Shown here: positions 12,369-26,250 of the stretch, piece by piece
Numbering within the stretch: the stretch's first letter is position 1
How the letters are laid out: each line of letters begins with the position of its first letter
Assembly (NCBI RefSeq): GCF_006345805.1
Contig: NC_043010.1
Span: 51,460,001-51,524,000, forward strand
Origin: Octopus sinensis
Lineage: Eukaryota
DNA length: 64,000 bases
Direction: 5' to 3'
Program-made: the position numbers and the translations under genes
Notes under the pieces: generated by a model
Databases searched by the model: none
Told to the model about the DNA's origin: nothing
Seen by the model: the letters and a program-made list of their open reading frames with translations, nothing else

Positions 12369-15300
12369 CTGCAAAAATATAAACGTACGATATTTGATTG
12401 AACCCTCGTGTCATTATATGAAAGAACATTTTGCAAAAGCAAACAAAAATCTTTATCCTCTCTATTCACATATAAATGTTGACTTTGCCTTTCATTCTTC
12501 TGAGGCCAATGAAATAATATCAGTCAAGTTTTAAGCATCTATGGTTAGTTCACAATACACTGTAAGGAGTATGACACCAGTTTCCTGATTTTTCTGACAT
12601 ACGTATTCTTCCGGGGACAGGACGCTGGTCTGTAATAGGATTACTCAATTTTACCAGCTAAATGGATGAAATGAAGTGTTTTCTCAAGTACCCAACGTGT
12701 CACCCAGTTCAAGAATCTAAACCATGCATAATCTTACGATCAGGAGTCCAACACTAACTGCTAAACCATGCGCTTCCACTTAATCAGCAAATCTGAAGCC
12801 TTTTGTCTACATCAGAAAACCATAATAAAATATATTACAAAGTATCAAGAAATTATCTACTTAGATTCAGTTCCTGTTCCTGCCCTTCTTTCTTACTTTA
12901 GCCTTTCTACATCTGACACAAAACCACCTCCCTCAATGCTGCATCCCAACTTCAGTTACTGGGTCTTTGTCTTGTGAGCTACTTAGTTACTTCACTAGTA
13001 TTGATGTCACAGAAAAAGCATCCAGTACACTCTGTAAAGTGGTTGACATTAAGGAGAGCATCTAGCTGTAGAAATTGCATGAAATTCAGACATTGGAGAC
13101 CAATGCAACTCTCAGGCTAACCATATCCTGTCGATCCATCCAAACCATGCCAGCATAGAATCGAGATATTAAGTGGCTGATTCAAATATATTATATGTTC
13201 AACAGAGTTGGAAAATAGACAAATATCATCATCATTTAACAGCTGTTTTCCATATTAACACAAGTCAGACAGTTTGACAGGATCCAATGAGCCACAAAGC
13301 TACATCAGGCTCTACTGTCAGTTTTGGAATGGTTTCTATACTTAGATACCCTTCCTAATGCCAACCACTTTACAGTGTACTAGGGGCCTTTGTTACTATT
13401 ATTATTTTATTTTTTTTTTTTTTGGCAATCAGCACTAGAGAGGTTCCTAAGTAACCTGCAAGACAGAAAACAATCAGAGAGAAGAAAAGGAAAAAAGCTC
13501 CCACTACTAAATGGGAAGTGTTTGAGAAGAGATGGCTTTACACGGGATGTTGAAAGGCTAAAGTAAGACAGGACAAGTACAAGTGTCTTACTATAGAGGA
13601 TCATAGCTTCAAAAACTAATTCATTTGCTGAATTTAAGAAAATATATTTAGTGAGTTATATTAACTGTTTTATGACCATTTCTAATGAAACAAACTACTT
13701 AGGTGTTTCAATTGATTTTGGAAGTCAGGGACTAAATATAATGTTTCTATTAAGCTGATGTTTGGAACATAACTTAAAATGAGCTGTGGTACCAGGTCAG
13801 TCCTGACTAAGTAGGTATATGATAGATGTTCTGGCAGTACCTCTGCCATCTATTTGTGTATTAAGGACAACATTGTTTGATGTAAAAATAGTAGGGTATT
13901 CGAGGATGATAAGGCTGCTATTTCCAGCAGGTGAAGTGACAAAAATAGCAGATCTTTCTTTTACTCACAGAACAGTGGATCTAAGCAATCACATCTAAAG
14001 AGTATGCAAACAAAAGTTGCTATTGTTTTGAGAAATTCTAACCAATTCTGTTGGAATAAACAGATATATCTGTTCAATTGTTAGCAAATGGCCCAGCGCA
14101 GCAAATGAGCTGTATTTCTAAATGGTTGGCCTTGTTTAGCACTAGGGAAGCCATTATCTATCCAGCAGACTTATAATCAAAAACATCTAACATGACCACT
14201 CTTGATTTTATTTCAGATATTGTCTAGGACAACATTATTCAATGTGTTGTGCCATATTTTGAAGATGGTTGGGTCTAACATCATCATCATTGTTTAACAT
14301 CCACTTTCCATGCTGGCATGGGTTGGATGGCTTGACATGGAGCTGGCTAGCAAAGCTGTCCAGATTCTGTCTGTTGTAGTATAGTTTCTACAGCAGGATG
14401 CCCTTCCTGACACCATCCACCTAACAGAGTGTACTGGGTGCTGCTTATATGCTACCTGCATAGGTGTGTTTACACAGCAGTGGCACTTGAAAGGATATGC
14501 CTGTATGTGTGGAAGTAAATAGATTTAGCTGTTGTTTCTAAATGGTCAAGTAGCTACTGGCTTGGTTTCAACCTGGTCTGTCTGGAATCATGCAGTACTT
14601 TAACATGCATTGTTTCACTATGCAAGTTGTTAGTTTCTGGGAAAAAACTTACAACTAGAGAAGGAGAGATGCATGAACAATACCTCTCGGAGCATAGACA
14701 GAATTAGAGAAGTCTTACAGGCAGAGGGAAATAGAATATTCCTAAAGGGAAACCTATCCACTGAAAGATACTGACCTGCCTTATGTTCAGAAGAGGTTCT
14801 CAACTGGACAAAAAGCAAAATGATGGTAAAATAATGAAGCAGATGTGAGGTTGGGTGATTGGCTTGGATGGAATAAACAGAGGATACAGGAAACTAGACT
14901 TGGAGATAAGCCAAAAATTAGATGTCAAATACATCTTGTGAAGAGAGAAAGAGAGTAACTGGCCTGCCAATGTTTACTTAATACCAAAAATATGAAAGAC
15001 AAAGTAATTACTTGATACTAAATCAGGATTGAACAAAACTGAAATGATTGCACTTGGTCTCGGTGACTTTGAAAAAGAAAAAAAAAAAAAGATTAAGGGC
15101 TTAGAAACTACAAGAATTTCAAGTTTTTTGCTAAGATGTGGAAAGCATAAAGACAGGGAGACATCACAGTTGTAACACCACTTAATCGGATAGTACTTCA
15201 AAAGTAAACACAGGAAAATTAAAGGACCCACAAGTTGATGATTAATAGAAAAAAAGAAGTCATAGAAGACTTACAGTAGGATAGAAGACAATTAGGATGC

Positions 15301-16222
15301 AAATTTAATTTGTACTAGGATGGTACTGATTTCTCATGGGACAACTACAATGGAAGTTATTTGGCTAAAAACAACTTGTAGTAGAACTATTTTCCTTTGG
15401 TGTAGTGGTCTTCTATCCATGCGTGATGTCACTAGTGTTCAACCAATCGTATTGCCTCATGCATAAATACATGACTCACTATCTCTACAGGGAAAAGAGC
15501 AAAAACCTTAACAACAGTGGCTGGCTAGATAGACCTAATAGATGTAAGACATTTCTTTCGTCACTATGAAGACAACACCTCGAGGGAATTTTGGATAAAG
15601 CCACATTATGAAATTTATTGCAAGGCTACATGATTATACAAACCCTTGGAATTCTGTTTGTTACCTTTCCACCTGCTAACTCTAAGTTTGGTATATTTTC
15701 TATATGGCTGAATCACACACACAAGACTTTACCTTCTCTGCTGCTCCTATATATTTTCTTTCATATAATGAACCTATGCTACCATTCTGTTGGACCTTCA
15801 CAAGTATGTTTATGAAGCATGTTTACGAACAATTTTGATTTCCTCAAACTACTAGTGCCTATACAAATAAATCGTTGTATATTCCTTTATATGCCTTCTG
15901 AAATTGTCATTGTACGTATAACCACCTTCAGATATGACTGTTTCCATCATGCATCCCAGCACTCACGCTAATTGGTGAACTCATTAATTTAGTCTCATTA
16001 TTCCATTAGGAATTTGTTTCATCATAAAGAACCACTATAAACTCATTTGCATTTATCGCTATAGAAAATTTTTGACAGGATTCCAAACTCTGACAAAATG
16101 TATGTGAATAATGCACAGAACCTGTCATATGTGAAACTTTAAAGCTTAGCCATCACTCATGAGCAAGTACAACACAAATGGCTGGTACCACACTTTCACA
16201 AGATATTTTAAGGGCCTATGTA

Positions 16223-16288
16223 GTCATCACTATATATATATATATATATATATAGTGATGACGTTATATATATATATATATAGTGATG

Positions 16289-16319
<31 letters not shown>

Positions 16320-16350
16320 GTGATGACACATATATATATATATAGTGATG

Positions 16351-16381
<31 letters not shown>

Positions 16382-16447
16382 GTGATGACACACATATATA
16401 TATATATATATAGTGATGACACACATATATATATATATATAGTGATG

Positions 16448-16490
<43 letters not shown>
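16223..16490. repeat. Minisatellite: TAGTGATGAC(AC)n units separated by (TA)n
   Basis: About 7 direct units; one inverted unit (GTCATCACTA) at the left edge. Confidence 0.85.
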
Positions 16491-16493
<3 letters not shown>

Positions 16494-17516
16494 GTATGTA
16501 TGTATAGGCTCATCCTATAAATAATGTGTCAAGGAGTATATGCATAAATACAAAGAAACCTACATATATATAAACAAAAAGGATTTAGTGGTGATCTGTT
16601 ACACAAATCTCTATCTTTCTTTTGTCTCTCACCCAGGGTCTGTGAAAACATAGCACAAGATTGAATAGTGGTGGGAAGATGAAAGAGTATGACATAAATG
16701 CTGAAATCTAATGCAGACTAAGAGCAGGGTTGAAGGTGTTAGTCTTGGTTATAAATTTCCTCAAGGCACAGTTGGACTAGACCCCTCTCTGCCAATCCCT
16801 TCCATATCACCCCATCCTTCCTGTATGCCAGTATACACAAGTGAGACATGGGCTACTATGAAGAAACAAAATATTGGCTAGCTACACTACAGAGAACTGT
16901 AGAAAGATCCATGCCAGGATATTCACTGTGGATACATATGCATACCAAGGTAAACTGAGAATGGAGGCGAGTGAATGATATGAATGCAGAACATCAAAAG
17001 CACAAGTTAAACTGAGCCAGACGTGTCCAAAGAATCACAGACATGTGTACTGATGAGGTTGTCAAATGGTATCCAAGTAACAAGAGACTACTCAGATCCA
17101 AGATGATAGGAAGATGTAGTCAATTTGGCTCCAAATGGAAGAAAGAGCACCACCAAGATTGGGAGCCAAAGAGTTTGTGACTAGTGATGTGTAAGGACAT
17201 GAGTTTTATTACACAAAGTTGTTGAAACACTGCCCACCAGGTGGTTTTCTGCTAACTATTAAATATTGACACATTTGATTACGTCTAAATTGATACATTT
17301 CCATTACATCTAATTTTCCTTTGTCTAATTTGTCTGACTACGTCTAATTTTCCTTTATCTGTCTAATAGTAATTATTCATTCAGTAAATGAATTTAGAAT
17401 AAGCAAGCACTCAAAGACTGGTAGAATTTATGATGAAAATAGGTTTTATGTTCACTCGATGTAACCATGTAAAAGTCCCCAGTTTATATGTATGTGTGTA
17501 TATATGATTTATATAT

Positions 17517-17737
17517 CTTTTATCATTTACTTGTTTCAGTCATTAGACTGCAGCCATGCTGGGGCACTGCTTTGAGGAACTTTTAGTCAAATGTACTGAC
17601 TGCAGTACTTACTTATTATAAGCCTGGTACTTATTCTAATGATCTCTTTTGTCGGACCACTAAGTTACAGGGACGTAAACACATCTACACCGGGTGTCAA
17701 GCGGTGGTGGGGAAACAAACATGGACACAAAGACACA

Positions 17738-17811
<74 letters not shown>

Positions 17812-17968
17812 CAACAGGCTTCTTCCAGTTTCCATCTACCAAATCCACTCGCAAGGTTTTGGTCGGCCCGACGCTATAATAGAAGACACTTGCCCAAGGT
17901 GCTACACACCGGGACTGAACCTGGAACCATGTGGTAAGAAGCTTGCTTCCTAACCACACAGCCATGTC
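17517..17968 (-). mobile_element. SINE family A
   Basis: Full-length reverse-complement match to 9297-9703. Confidence 0.8.
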
Positions 17969-18384
17969 CGAGTACTGTAGTTCACTTGGAAAATTGTAGT
18001 ACAGAAGTAGAAAATGAAGGAAAAGAAATATATAAGGAAATATAAGGAAAGCTTTTAATAATGCAGAAAATTTTACAAAAAAACTTTATATTTTGGGCAC
18101 AAAGGCCTATTTTCTGAAGATAGGCTTTTGTGTCCAAAATATAAAGGTTCTTTTTTTTGTAAAACTTTCTGAATTGTAAGAAGCTTTCCTTATATTTCTT
18201 TTCCTTCATTTTCTACTTATCTCATTACATATACGAGAAGACTGCATAACTTTGCATAATAATGAACTAGACTGCACACACAGTATGTCAGTATGTACTG
18301 GTAAAATCAAAACTCAACTTGTAGCTTAGAACATGTGATTGTCTAACTGTTTATTTGCTCTGCATTAGTTTTCCATGGATATAT

Positions 18385-18680
18385 TCCTTTTATCTGTTTC
18401 TGTCATTTCACTGTGGCCATGCTGGAGCACCACCTTGATGGGTTTTAGCCAATCAGATCAACCCCAGGATTTATTTTTTAAGCCTAGTACTTATTCTTTT
18501 AGGCTGAACCGCTAAGTTACAGGGACACAAACACACCAACACCAGTTGTCAAGTGGTGATGGGGAGAGGGGAAACAGACACACACACACACATTTACATA
18601 TGTGTGACAGGCTTCTTTCAGTCTCCATCTACCAAATTCACTCATGAGGCTTCGGTTGGCTCAAGGCTACAGTAGAAAAG
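18385..18680 (-). mobile_element. SINE family A, 5'-truncated
   Basis: Tail and body match family A. Confidence 0.7.
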
Positions 18681-18729
18681 CCTCCACCTCTGTCTCTCTA
18701 TGTATGTGTGTGTATATATATATATATAT

Positions 18730-18995
18730 ATATCATCATTTAACGTCCACTTTCCATGTAAGCATGGGTTGGACAGTTTGACTGTGGGCTGGCGAACCAG
18801 ATGGCTGCACCAAGCTCCAGTCTTGATCAAGTAGAGTTCCTACAGCTGGATGCCCTTCCTAACGCCAACCACTCTGAGAGTGTAGTGGATGCTTTTACAT
18901 GCCACCGGCACGGGGGCCAGTCAGGCAGTACTGGCAACAACCTAACTTGAATTTTTTGGGCCAGTCAGACGGTACTGGCAACGACCTCGCTCGAG
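18730..18995 (-). mobile_element. RTE-type LINE 3' end
   Basis: ATCATCATTTAACGTCC...GGATGCCCTTCCTAACGCCAACC motif shared with other copies. Confidence 0.7.
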
Positions 18996-19116
18996 ACAAC
19001 AACGCAAAACATCCAGATAGACTTTACAAAAAACATGGACAGGTCATTCGAAGCCTTTAATCTTCAGTCAAGAACCGGATAATCCTCACAATTTCAGCTA
19101 TATATATATATATATA

Positions 19117-19379
19117 TAGGGCTGTGGAGTTTAAACAAAAAACTGACCCCAATTGACTCCTGTACTATTGGCATCTCTAACTCCTCTTTATGTAATTAAG
19201 TGATTGTGGTCTACATACCTCATAATCATATGCATACATTTGTACTTTGAGTAGGCCTGTATGTTATAACTGGTTTATATTAAAAGAATAAAGACATTGT
19301 GAGTCGGAATCAGAGTTGGTATAGTTTTACTGACTCCAACTACCCCTTAATTGTTTCCAACTCCGACTCCACAGCCCTG
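19117..19379. mobile_element. hAT-like MITE
   Basis: TIRs (T/C)AGGGCTGTGGAGT ... ACTCCACAGCCCTG with internal GACTCC/GGAGTC motifs; TSD not evident. Confidence 0.65.
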
Positions 19380-19384
19380 TTCAC

Positions 19385-19640
19385 AAGTTGTGAAATTTTT
19401 GTTTCTGTGATCATGTGTATGTTGTCGGCTGCGCTTTTTGTCACGGACAAGAAGTTGGAACAAAGAGCTGAGGAATTTTGCATTAAACTTGGGAAGTCTG
19501 CTGAGCATGCTGCAGCAAGCTTATGGCAATGAGGTAACAGGTCATCTGCAATGTTTCAAATAGCACAGGTACTTCAAAACCAGAAGAATGTCCCTAGAGG
19601 ACGATGAGCAATCTGGAAGACCTGCCACACGCATCAACCT
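19385..19640 (+). mobile_element. Mariner transposase 5' remnant
   Basis: Degenerate DKKLEQRA..FCIKLGKSA..MLQQAYGNE...SLEDDEQSGRP (mariner HTH and GRP motif). Confidence 0.75.
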
Positions 19641-20576
19641 AATTAGCAATTATAACATGTATAGCAATAAAAACATATCAAAATACATATATGCACACAT
19701 ACATATTGTCATTTTAGCATCCATTTTCCCATGTCTGCATCTATCAGACAAAATTTTGTTGAGGTGAGTTCTCTATGACCAGATCTCCTCCCTGTATTCA
19801 ACCCTCTTCCATTTAATATTCCCCCAAGACAACACGGTTTTATGTCTGGGAACAAAGTGCACTGCTTATATAATGACAACATTCAATTACAAATAACACA
19901 CGATGTGAAGGCAAGGAAGCAGTAACACACACACACACACACACACACATTTGGTAGTTTCCGTCTATCAAATTCACTCACAAGACTTGACTGGCCTGAG
20001 GTTGTAGTAGAAAGCACTTGTCCAAGGTCCAAGATGCTACACAGCAGGGAGTCAACCTGGAACCATGTCAATGAGAAGCAAACTTTTCACCACTAAAACA
20101 TGCCTAAACACACATAGATATTCTTCTATTCTTTTACTGGTTTCAGTCACTGGACTATGGCCATGCTGGAGCAATGCCTTTAGTTGAATGAAACAACCCC
20201 AGGACTGATTCGTTGTAAGCCTAGTACTTATTCTATCACCCTCTTTTGCCGAACCACGAAGTTACGGGAATGTAAACACACCAACGTAGGTTGTATGCTT
20301 GAAAATATACATTAGTAAAACAGCTGATAACTGATAAAGGGTCATTTTTTGTGTTGTTTCCCTTGTTTTCCATTTGTTTCTTTCATTGCTCACAAAAAAT
20401 GTTCATATTCCAGACCCTACTACTTTACGTTTTGTGATGTCCTGTGACCACATACGCATATGGATGTTCATATACATGGAAGTATGAACGTATATGTATG
20501 TATATGCACATATATACACATTATTTATATTATGTGATTCAACACTACGCATCCTTTTCCAAGTTTTATCTTTCTA

Positions 20577-22124
20577 CTAGCAGAGTTACCTGGCGTTGCC
20601 TGTGTTACATGCAATTGAAGAATTAGGCTTTTCTGTTATATTTTCTGTAATAAACTGGAATACCTATGTTTCAAATTTCATCAAAATTGCAGATGAGGGT
20701 TATTTCCCTCTTTACACACCCTAAAAAAATTGTAATCGTGCCACATATCCCATACTACTGATTTTTATGCGCATATTCCAAAATTCCAGTCTTATAGAAC
20801 CTGTTAAAAGGATTTTGCTCCAGGAAAATGGAGGTCATGGAGCTCTATTGGGGGTGGGCGTCTTAATGTCAACCAGAGAAGTTGAATTATTGAGAATCTT
20901 TTTAACTTGGGTCCTATATCTATTGTTTGAATTTCTTTGAAATAGGAAATATATGCTCACTGGGTTTGTAAAAGAGAGCAAAGCTACAGGAAACCAAAAG
21001 ACGAATGATCACAATAAGCAGTCAGCTACAGTACCCTAGTCGTTAACCACTCCCAATGTAGTATTCCTCACCATCAAGGTGACAGGTACAGCCGTAAGAT
21101 GCATTAAGAATCTATAGCAAATGGAAGGGCGTGACCCAACTGAAATAAACATTAACAACTGTATGATGTGAGGGCTAAGGAGAAATGAAAGTTTCAGTTT
21201 GCAAATGACCACTATACTGATACGTTACTGGACAGAATAAATTTACAATCTATAAATGTCTTTGAATAACCAGTCATTCATCTGGGAAGGCCTTGAAATC
21301 AATGTTACCATCTGGGGACTATGTGTGATCCAGTGGTAATAAAAAAACTGAAAGGTCTGCAATCAAATAACTTCACTCAACACTTTGCAACTGAATCGTT
21401 GGAAGCAAAGATGCCTCTCATTTACTTGACAATTTATGCAGCACATTACAGAAATGACAATGTAAGTGTATGTCAAAGCAAACTCTTACACTGTTGTACC
21501 ATTGAATTACAAATAATGCTCATCTTTTATGCTTGGGTGACCCTACAGCTTCCAAGAGTACAACTGTATTCGTCTTTGCTTAGATAAAATGGCTAAATTG
21601 TGGGTGTTAAGTCCCCATGAAGGGGTCTTTCTAACTTGTAAGGAGATGAAATTTTATAAATATTACGTCATTTGTATCTAATATGTATGGTTAAAATTTC
21701 ATCAACAGCAAAAATATATGAATTGTTATGGGGGGTTATGGCCCTTATGCATAGAATATAATTTCCAAATTTCCTAAAGAGCCATTCAGTATTTTTGGAT
21801 CATAAAAGAAATGACTAAAATTTGGGAGTTAAGGTCACCATTAGGGTGTCTTAGAATCCTCATGTGAAGTGAAAACTTTGGTTGAAATTTCATCAACATC
21901 GAAATTTACGAATTTTCATGGGGGGTTCTGCCCCCTTTAAACCATCTGAAATTCAAGCCAAACATATTGCATTATACCTCCCCTTATGCATTGAATCTAA
22001 TTTTAAAATATCATAAGGATCCATTCAGTAATTTAGGTCCATGAATTTGTATGAAACACACAGCAGTTTTCGAATGTATAAGTAACACACGAACACATAA
22101 AGACATTGACTTTGATATAATAGA
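20577..22124 (-). mobile_element. Non-autonomous Helitron (diverged)
   Basis: Minus strand A|TCTATTATATC ... GGCAACGCCAGGTAACTCTG-CTAG|T; internal repeated AAATTTCATCAA blocks. Confidence 0.6.
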
Positions 22125-22249
22125 TATGAATGTGCACATATACATACATGTATATATATATATGTGTGTGTGTGTTATATATAAATACACACACACACAA
22201 AGATAAATTGATAGATAGAACTGAGTGGGTAAAGAAAAATATGAGACAC

Positions 22250-22890
22250 AGCCTAGTGCTTTTTTATGTTGATAAGCCTGGTACTTCTTTTTGTGAAACC
22301 AGTAAGTTATGAGGATGTAAATAAACAAACAGCAGTTGTGAAGCAGTGATGAGGGCGAAACACAGAAACAAAGTCACACACATACACTTATATATATATA
22401 TATATGTTCATACATATATATATCTATGATTGATTTCTTTAAGTTTCTGTCTACAAAATCCATATATATATATATATATGTATGTATACACACACACACA
22501 AAGATAAATTGATAGATACAACTGGGCGGGCAAACAAAAATATGAGACACTGCCTAGTGGGTTTTTTTTAATATTTTGATAAGCCTGGTATTTATTCTAT
22601 CAGATTCTTCTTGTGAAACCAATAAGTTATGGGGCTGCAAATAAATGAACAGCAGTTGTGAAGCAGTGATGAGGGAGAAACACAAAGACACACACATAGA
22701 CTTACATAAATACATACATATATATATGATTGATTTCTTTCAGTTTCTGTCTACAAAATCCACTGACAAGGCTTTGGTTGGTCTGAGGCTATGGCAGAAG
22801 ACACATGCCAAGTCACCACACAGTGGGACTGAACCCAGGACCATGTGTTTTGGAATGAAGTTTGTTACCACAGAGCCACACCTGCACCTA
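22250..22890 (-). mobile_element. SINE family A fragments, partly tandemly duplicated
   Basis: 22190-22460 and 22490-22760 are diverged direct copies; tRNA head at ~22820-22890. Confidence 0.65.
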
Positions 22891-22899
22891 TGTATGTGG

Positions 22900-23218
22900 G
22901 TGTATATATGTGTACATATTACATGTACATCTATATATCTATATCTATATATATATATATATATACACATACATCTACACATATATATGTATACATGTAC
23001 ATCTATATATCTATATCTATATATATATACACATACATCTACACATATATATGTATACATATACATCTATATATCTATATATATATATATACACATACAT
23101 CTACACATATATATGTATACATATACATCTATATATCTATATATATATATACACATACATCTACACATATATATGTATACATATACATCTATATATATAC
23201 ACATGTATACATATACAT

Positions 23219-23256
<38 letters not shown>

Positions 23257-23575
23257 ATATACATATATATATATACACATGTATACATATACATCCATAT
23301 ATATATATATACATACACATGTATACATATACATCCATATATATATATATATACATACACATGTATACATATACATCCATATATATATATATATACACAT
23401 GTATACATATACATCCATATATATATATATATACATACACATGTATACATATACATCCATACACATGTATACATATACATCCATACACATGTATACATAT
23501 ACATCCATACACATGTATACATAACATCCATACACATGTATACATATACATCCATACACATGTATACATATACAT

Positions 23576-23632
<57 letters not shown>
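22900..23632. repeat. Compound (TA/CA) micro/minisatellite
   Basis: ATACACATGTATACATATACATCC-type units with (TA)n spacers. Confidence 0.9.
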
Positions 23633-23633
<1 letters not shown>

Positions 23634-24478
23634 TAAATTTAAATTTAAAATAATACGGGTGAAAAATTGAATATTAATTTGATTAATATCAATTTAAAAC
23701 CAGTGGTGTAGCATATTGAAAAGTCTGCAGTTACAGAAAAAATTATATTACATACATATAAGAGGTATGACTTGTAAGTGGACATCTATTATGCTAGAAG
23801 AAGATCCGCTATGGTCTTATCATTCCTTTGTTAGTGGTAAGACCATAGTGGATCTTCTAGCAAAATGGATGTCCATTAACAGTTCATCCCACTTATATAA
23901 TAGTTTCACTTTAATAGTTTCAGTATTAAAGTGAAACTATTAAAGTGAAAACATCTGACATTACAATAGAGAGATGTTTTTGTTTCACTTTTAACACGTA
24001 ATACTGAAATAGTGGAGAAGATATGATATTGCTGTGGCCTCGCCCTGGGCAAGAAGTTAAACAATAGTTTTTATGTGAATGATAGCAGTTATACATTTCC
24101 CAGATGCCTTCGCTAAGCAGAATAATGTTGTTGCCTATTGACCCTTCAAACCTCTTCTAGGCCACCAGGGGCTGGAATGGAGATAACATACTTCCAACAA
24201 AATCATTTGTTCTCAACAATATGTCTATCCTTCTGGCTGCTTTTCGATAGTTATAAAACAAGAACTCTCTAAGCTAAGAGCAGTTACTGTGTGTGTGTGT
24301 GCTTGTGTGCAAATGCGTGGGCATATGCATATGCGTGTACGTGTGTGTTGTGTACACGTGTGTGTGTATATAAGTATATGTATACATGTGTATGTCTGTG
24401 TACATAAATATAGATATGTATGCATGTAATATGTATGTATATATATTCTGCTATGTATATATGTATGTACATATATAA

Positions 24479-24532
<54 letters not shown>

Positions 24533-25408
24533 TATATATATTATATATATATATATATATACATTTAAATTTAATTTAAAATAATACGGGTGAAAAATTG
24601 AATATTAATTGATTAATATCAATTAAAACCAGTGGTTGTTGTAGCATATTGAAAAGTCTGCAGTTACAGAAAAAATTATATTATACATATAAGAGGTATG
24701 ACTTGTAAGTGGACATCTATTATGCTAGAAGAAGATCCGCTATGGTCTTATCATTCCTTTGTTAGTGGTAAGACCATAGTGGATCTTCTAGCAAAATGGA
24801 TGTCCATTAACAGTTCATCCCACTTATATAATATTTCACTTTAATAGTTTCAGTATTAAAGTGAAACTATTAAAGTGAAAACATCTGACATTACAATAGA
24901 GAGATGTTTTTGTTTCACTTTTAACACGTAATACTGAAATAGTGGAGAAGATATGATATTGCTGTGGCCTCGCCCTGGGCAAGAAGTTAAACAATAGTTT
25001 TTATGTGAATGATAGCAGTTATACATTTCCCAGATGCCTTCGCTAAGCAGAATAATGTTGTTGCCTATTGACCCTTCAAACCTCTTCTAGGCCACCAGGG
25101 GCTGGAATGGAGATAACATACTTCCAACAAAATCATTTGTTCTCAACAATATGTCTATCCTTCTGGCTGCTTTTCGATAGTTATAAAACAAGAACTCTCT
25201 AAGCTAAGAGCAGTTACTGTGTGTGTGTGTGCTTGTGTGCAAATGCGTGGGCATATGCATATGCGTGTACGTGTGTGTTGTGTACACGTGTGTGTGTATA
25301 TAAGTATATGTATACATGTGTATGTCTGTGTACATAAATATAGATATGTATGCATGTAATATGTATGTATATATATTCTGCTATGTATATATGTATGTAC
25401 ATATATAA

Positions 25409-25460
<52 letters not shown>
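23633..25460. repeat. Near-identical tandem duplication, period ~930 bp
   Basis: Sequence from 24001 is essentially identical to sequence from 24931; copies are bounded by (TA)n. Confidence 0.9.
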
Positions 25461-25462
<2 letters not shown>

Positions 25463-25893
25463 TGTATATGTATGTATATATGTGGTATATGTATGTATAT
25501 ATATATATATATATATATGTGTATCAAAACACGGAGTAGATGAAACAAAGGCGACTGGAGAAGGGGAATTTTCCTTGTATTGTATGTCCTGTACTCTATT
25601 TTTTCGTTGTTTAAGAAAAATGTCCATTTCCTTGGTTTTGTGTTTATGTTTTCGTTTCTCATTGTGTTCGACGTTTTTTTGGTGTCCTGTACCCATATAT
25701 GCATGTATATATACATGTAGAGGTAGGTACGTACATATATGTATGTATATATGCATGTTTTATTTTATTTATTTATATATATGTGTATATGTATATATAT
25801 GCATGTATGTATATATGTGTATATGTATGTATATACGTGTATATGTATGTACATATATGTATATATGTATGTATCAGTATATATATATATATA

Positions 25894-26250
25894 CTAGCAG
25901 TATCGCCCGGCGTTGCTCGGGTTTGTTTCGACCCGCTGGAATTGTAATTTTGAAAAGTAAAAATTTTGTGAACATTTTTCTGGTCGAAATACACCGAAAA
26001 GTGGCGACACAGCAGTGAAAAAAATCGTAAAAAATAGGGATTTTCATAGAAAAAAAGCATCTTTTTGATGTAAATAATTTTTGTGTTAACATGGTCCGAT
26101 TTGAATTTTATGTTCTACGGAAGGAAGCAACCCTTCTTCTATCATACTCTCAATTTTGGTCAACTTGCGCCGCAGGGTCTCGGAGGAGATAGTGTTAGTT
26201 GAAGGTTACCAAACGTGGCGCACACAGACAACTTTAGCTTTATATAGAGA
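25894..26250 (-). mobile_element. Non-autonomous Helitron
   Basis: Minus strand 5' TCTCTATATAAAG; 3' hairpin CCCG-AGCAACGC-CGGG followed by CTAG; inserted between A and T with no TSD. Confidence 0.85.

Noticed and set aside
14630-16200. Possible decayed LINE or DNA transposon coding sequence
   Set aside because: No diagnostic motif could be read with confidence.
16223-16490. CRISPR-like repeat-spacer look
   Set aside because: The spacers are just (TA)n, the DNA is eukaryotic, and there are no cas genes.
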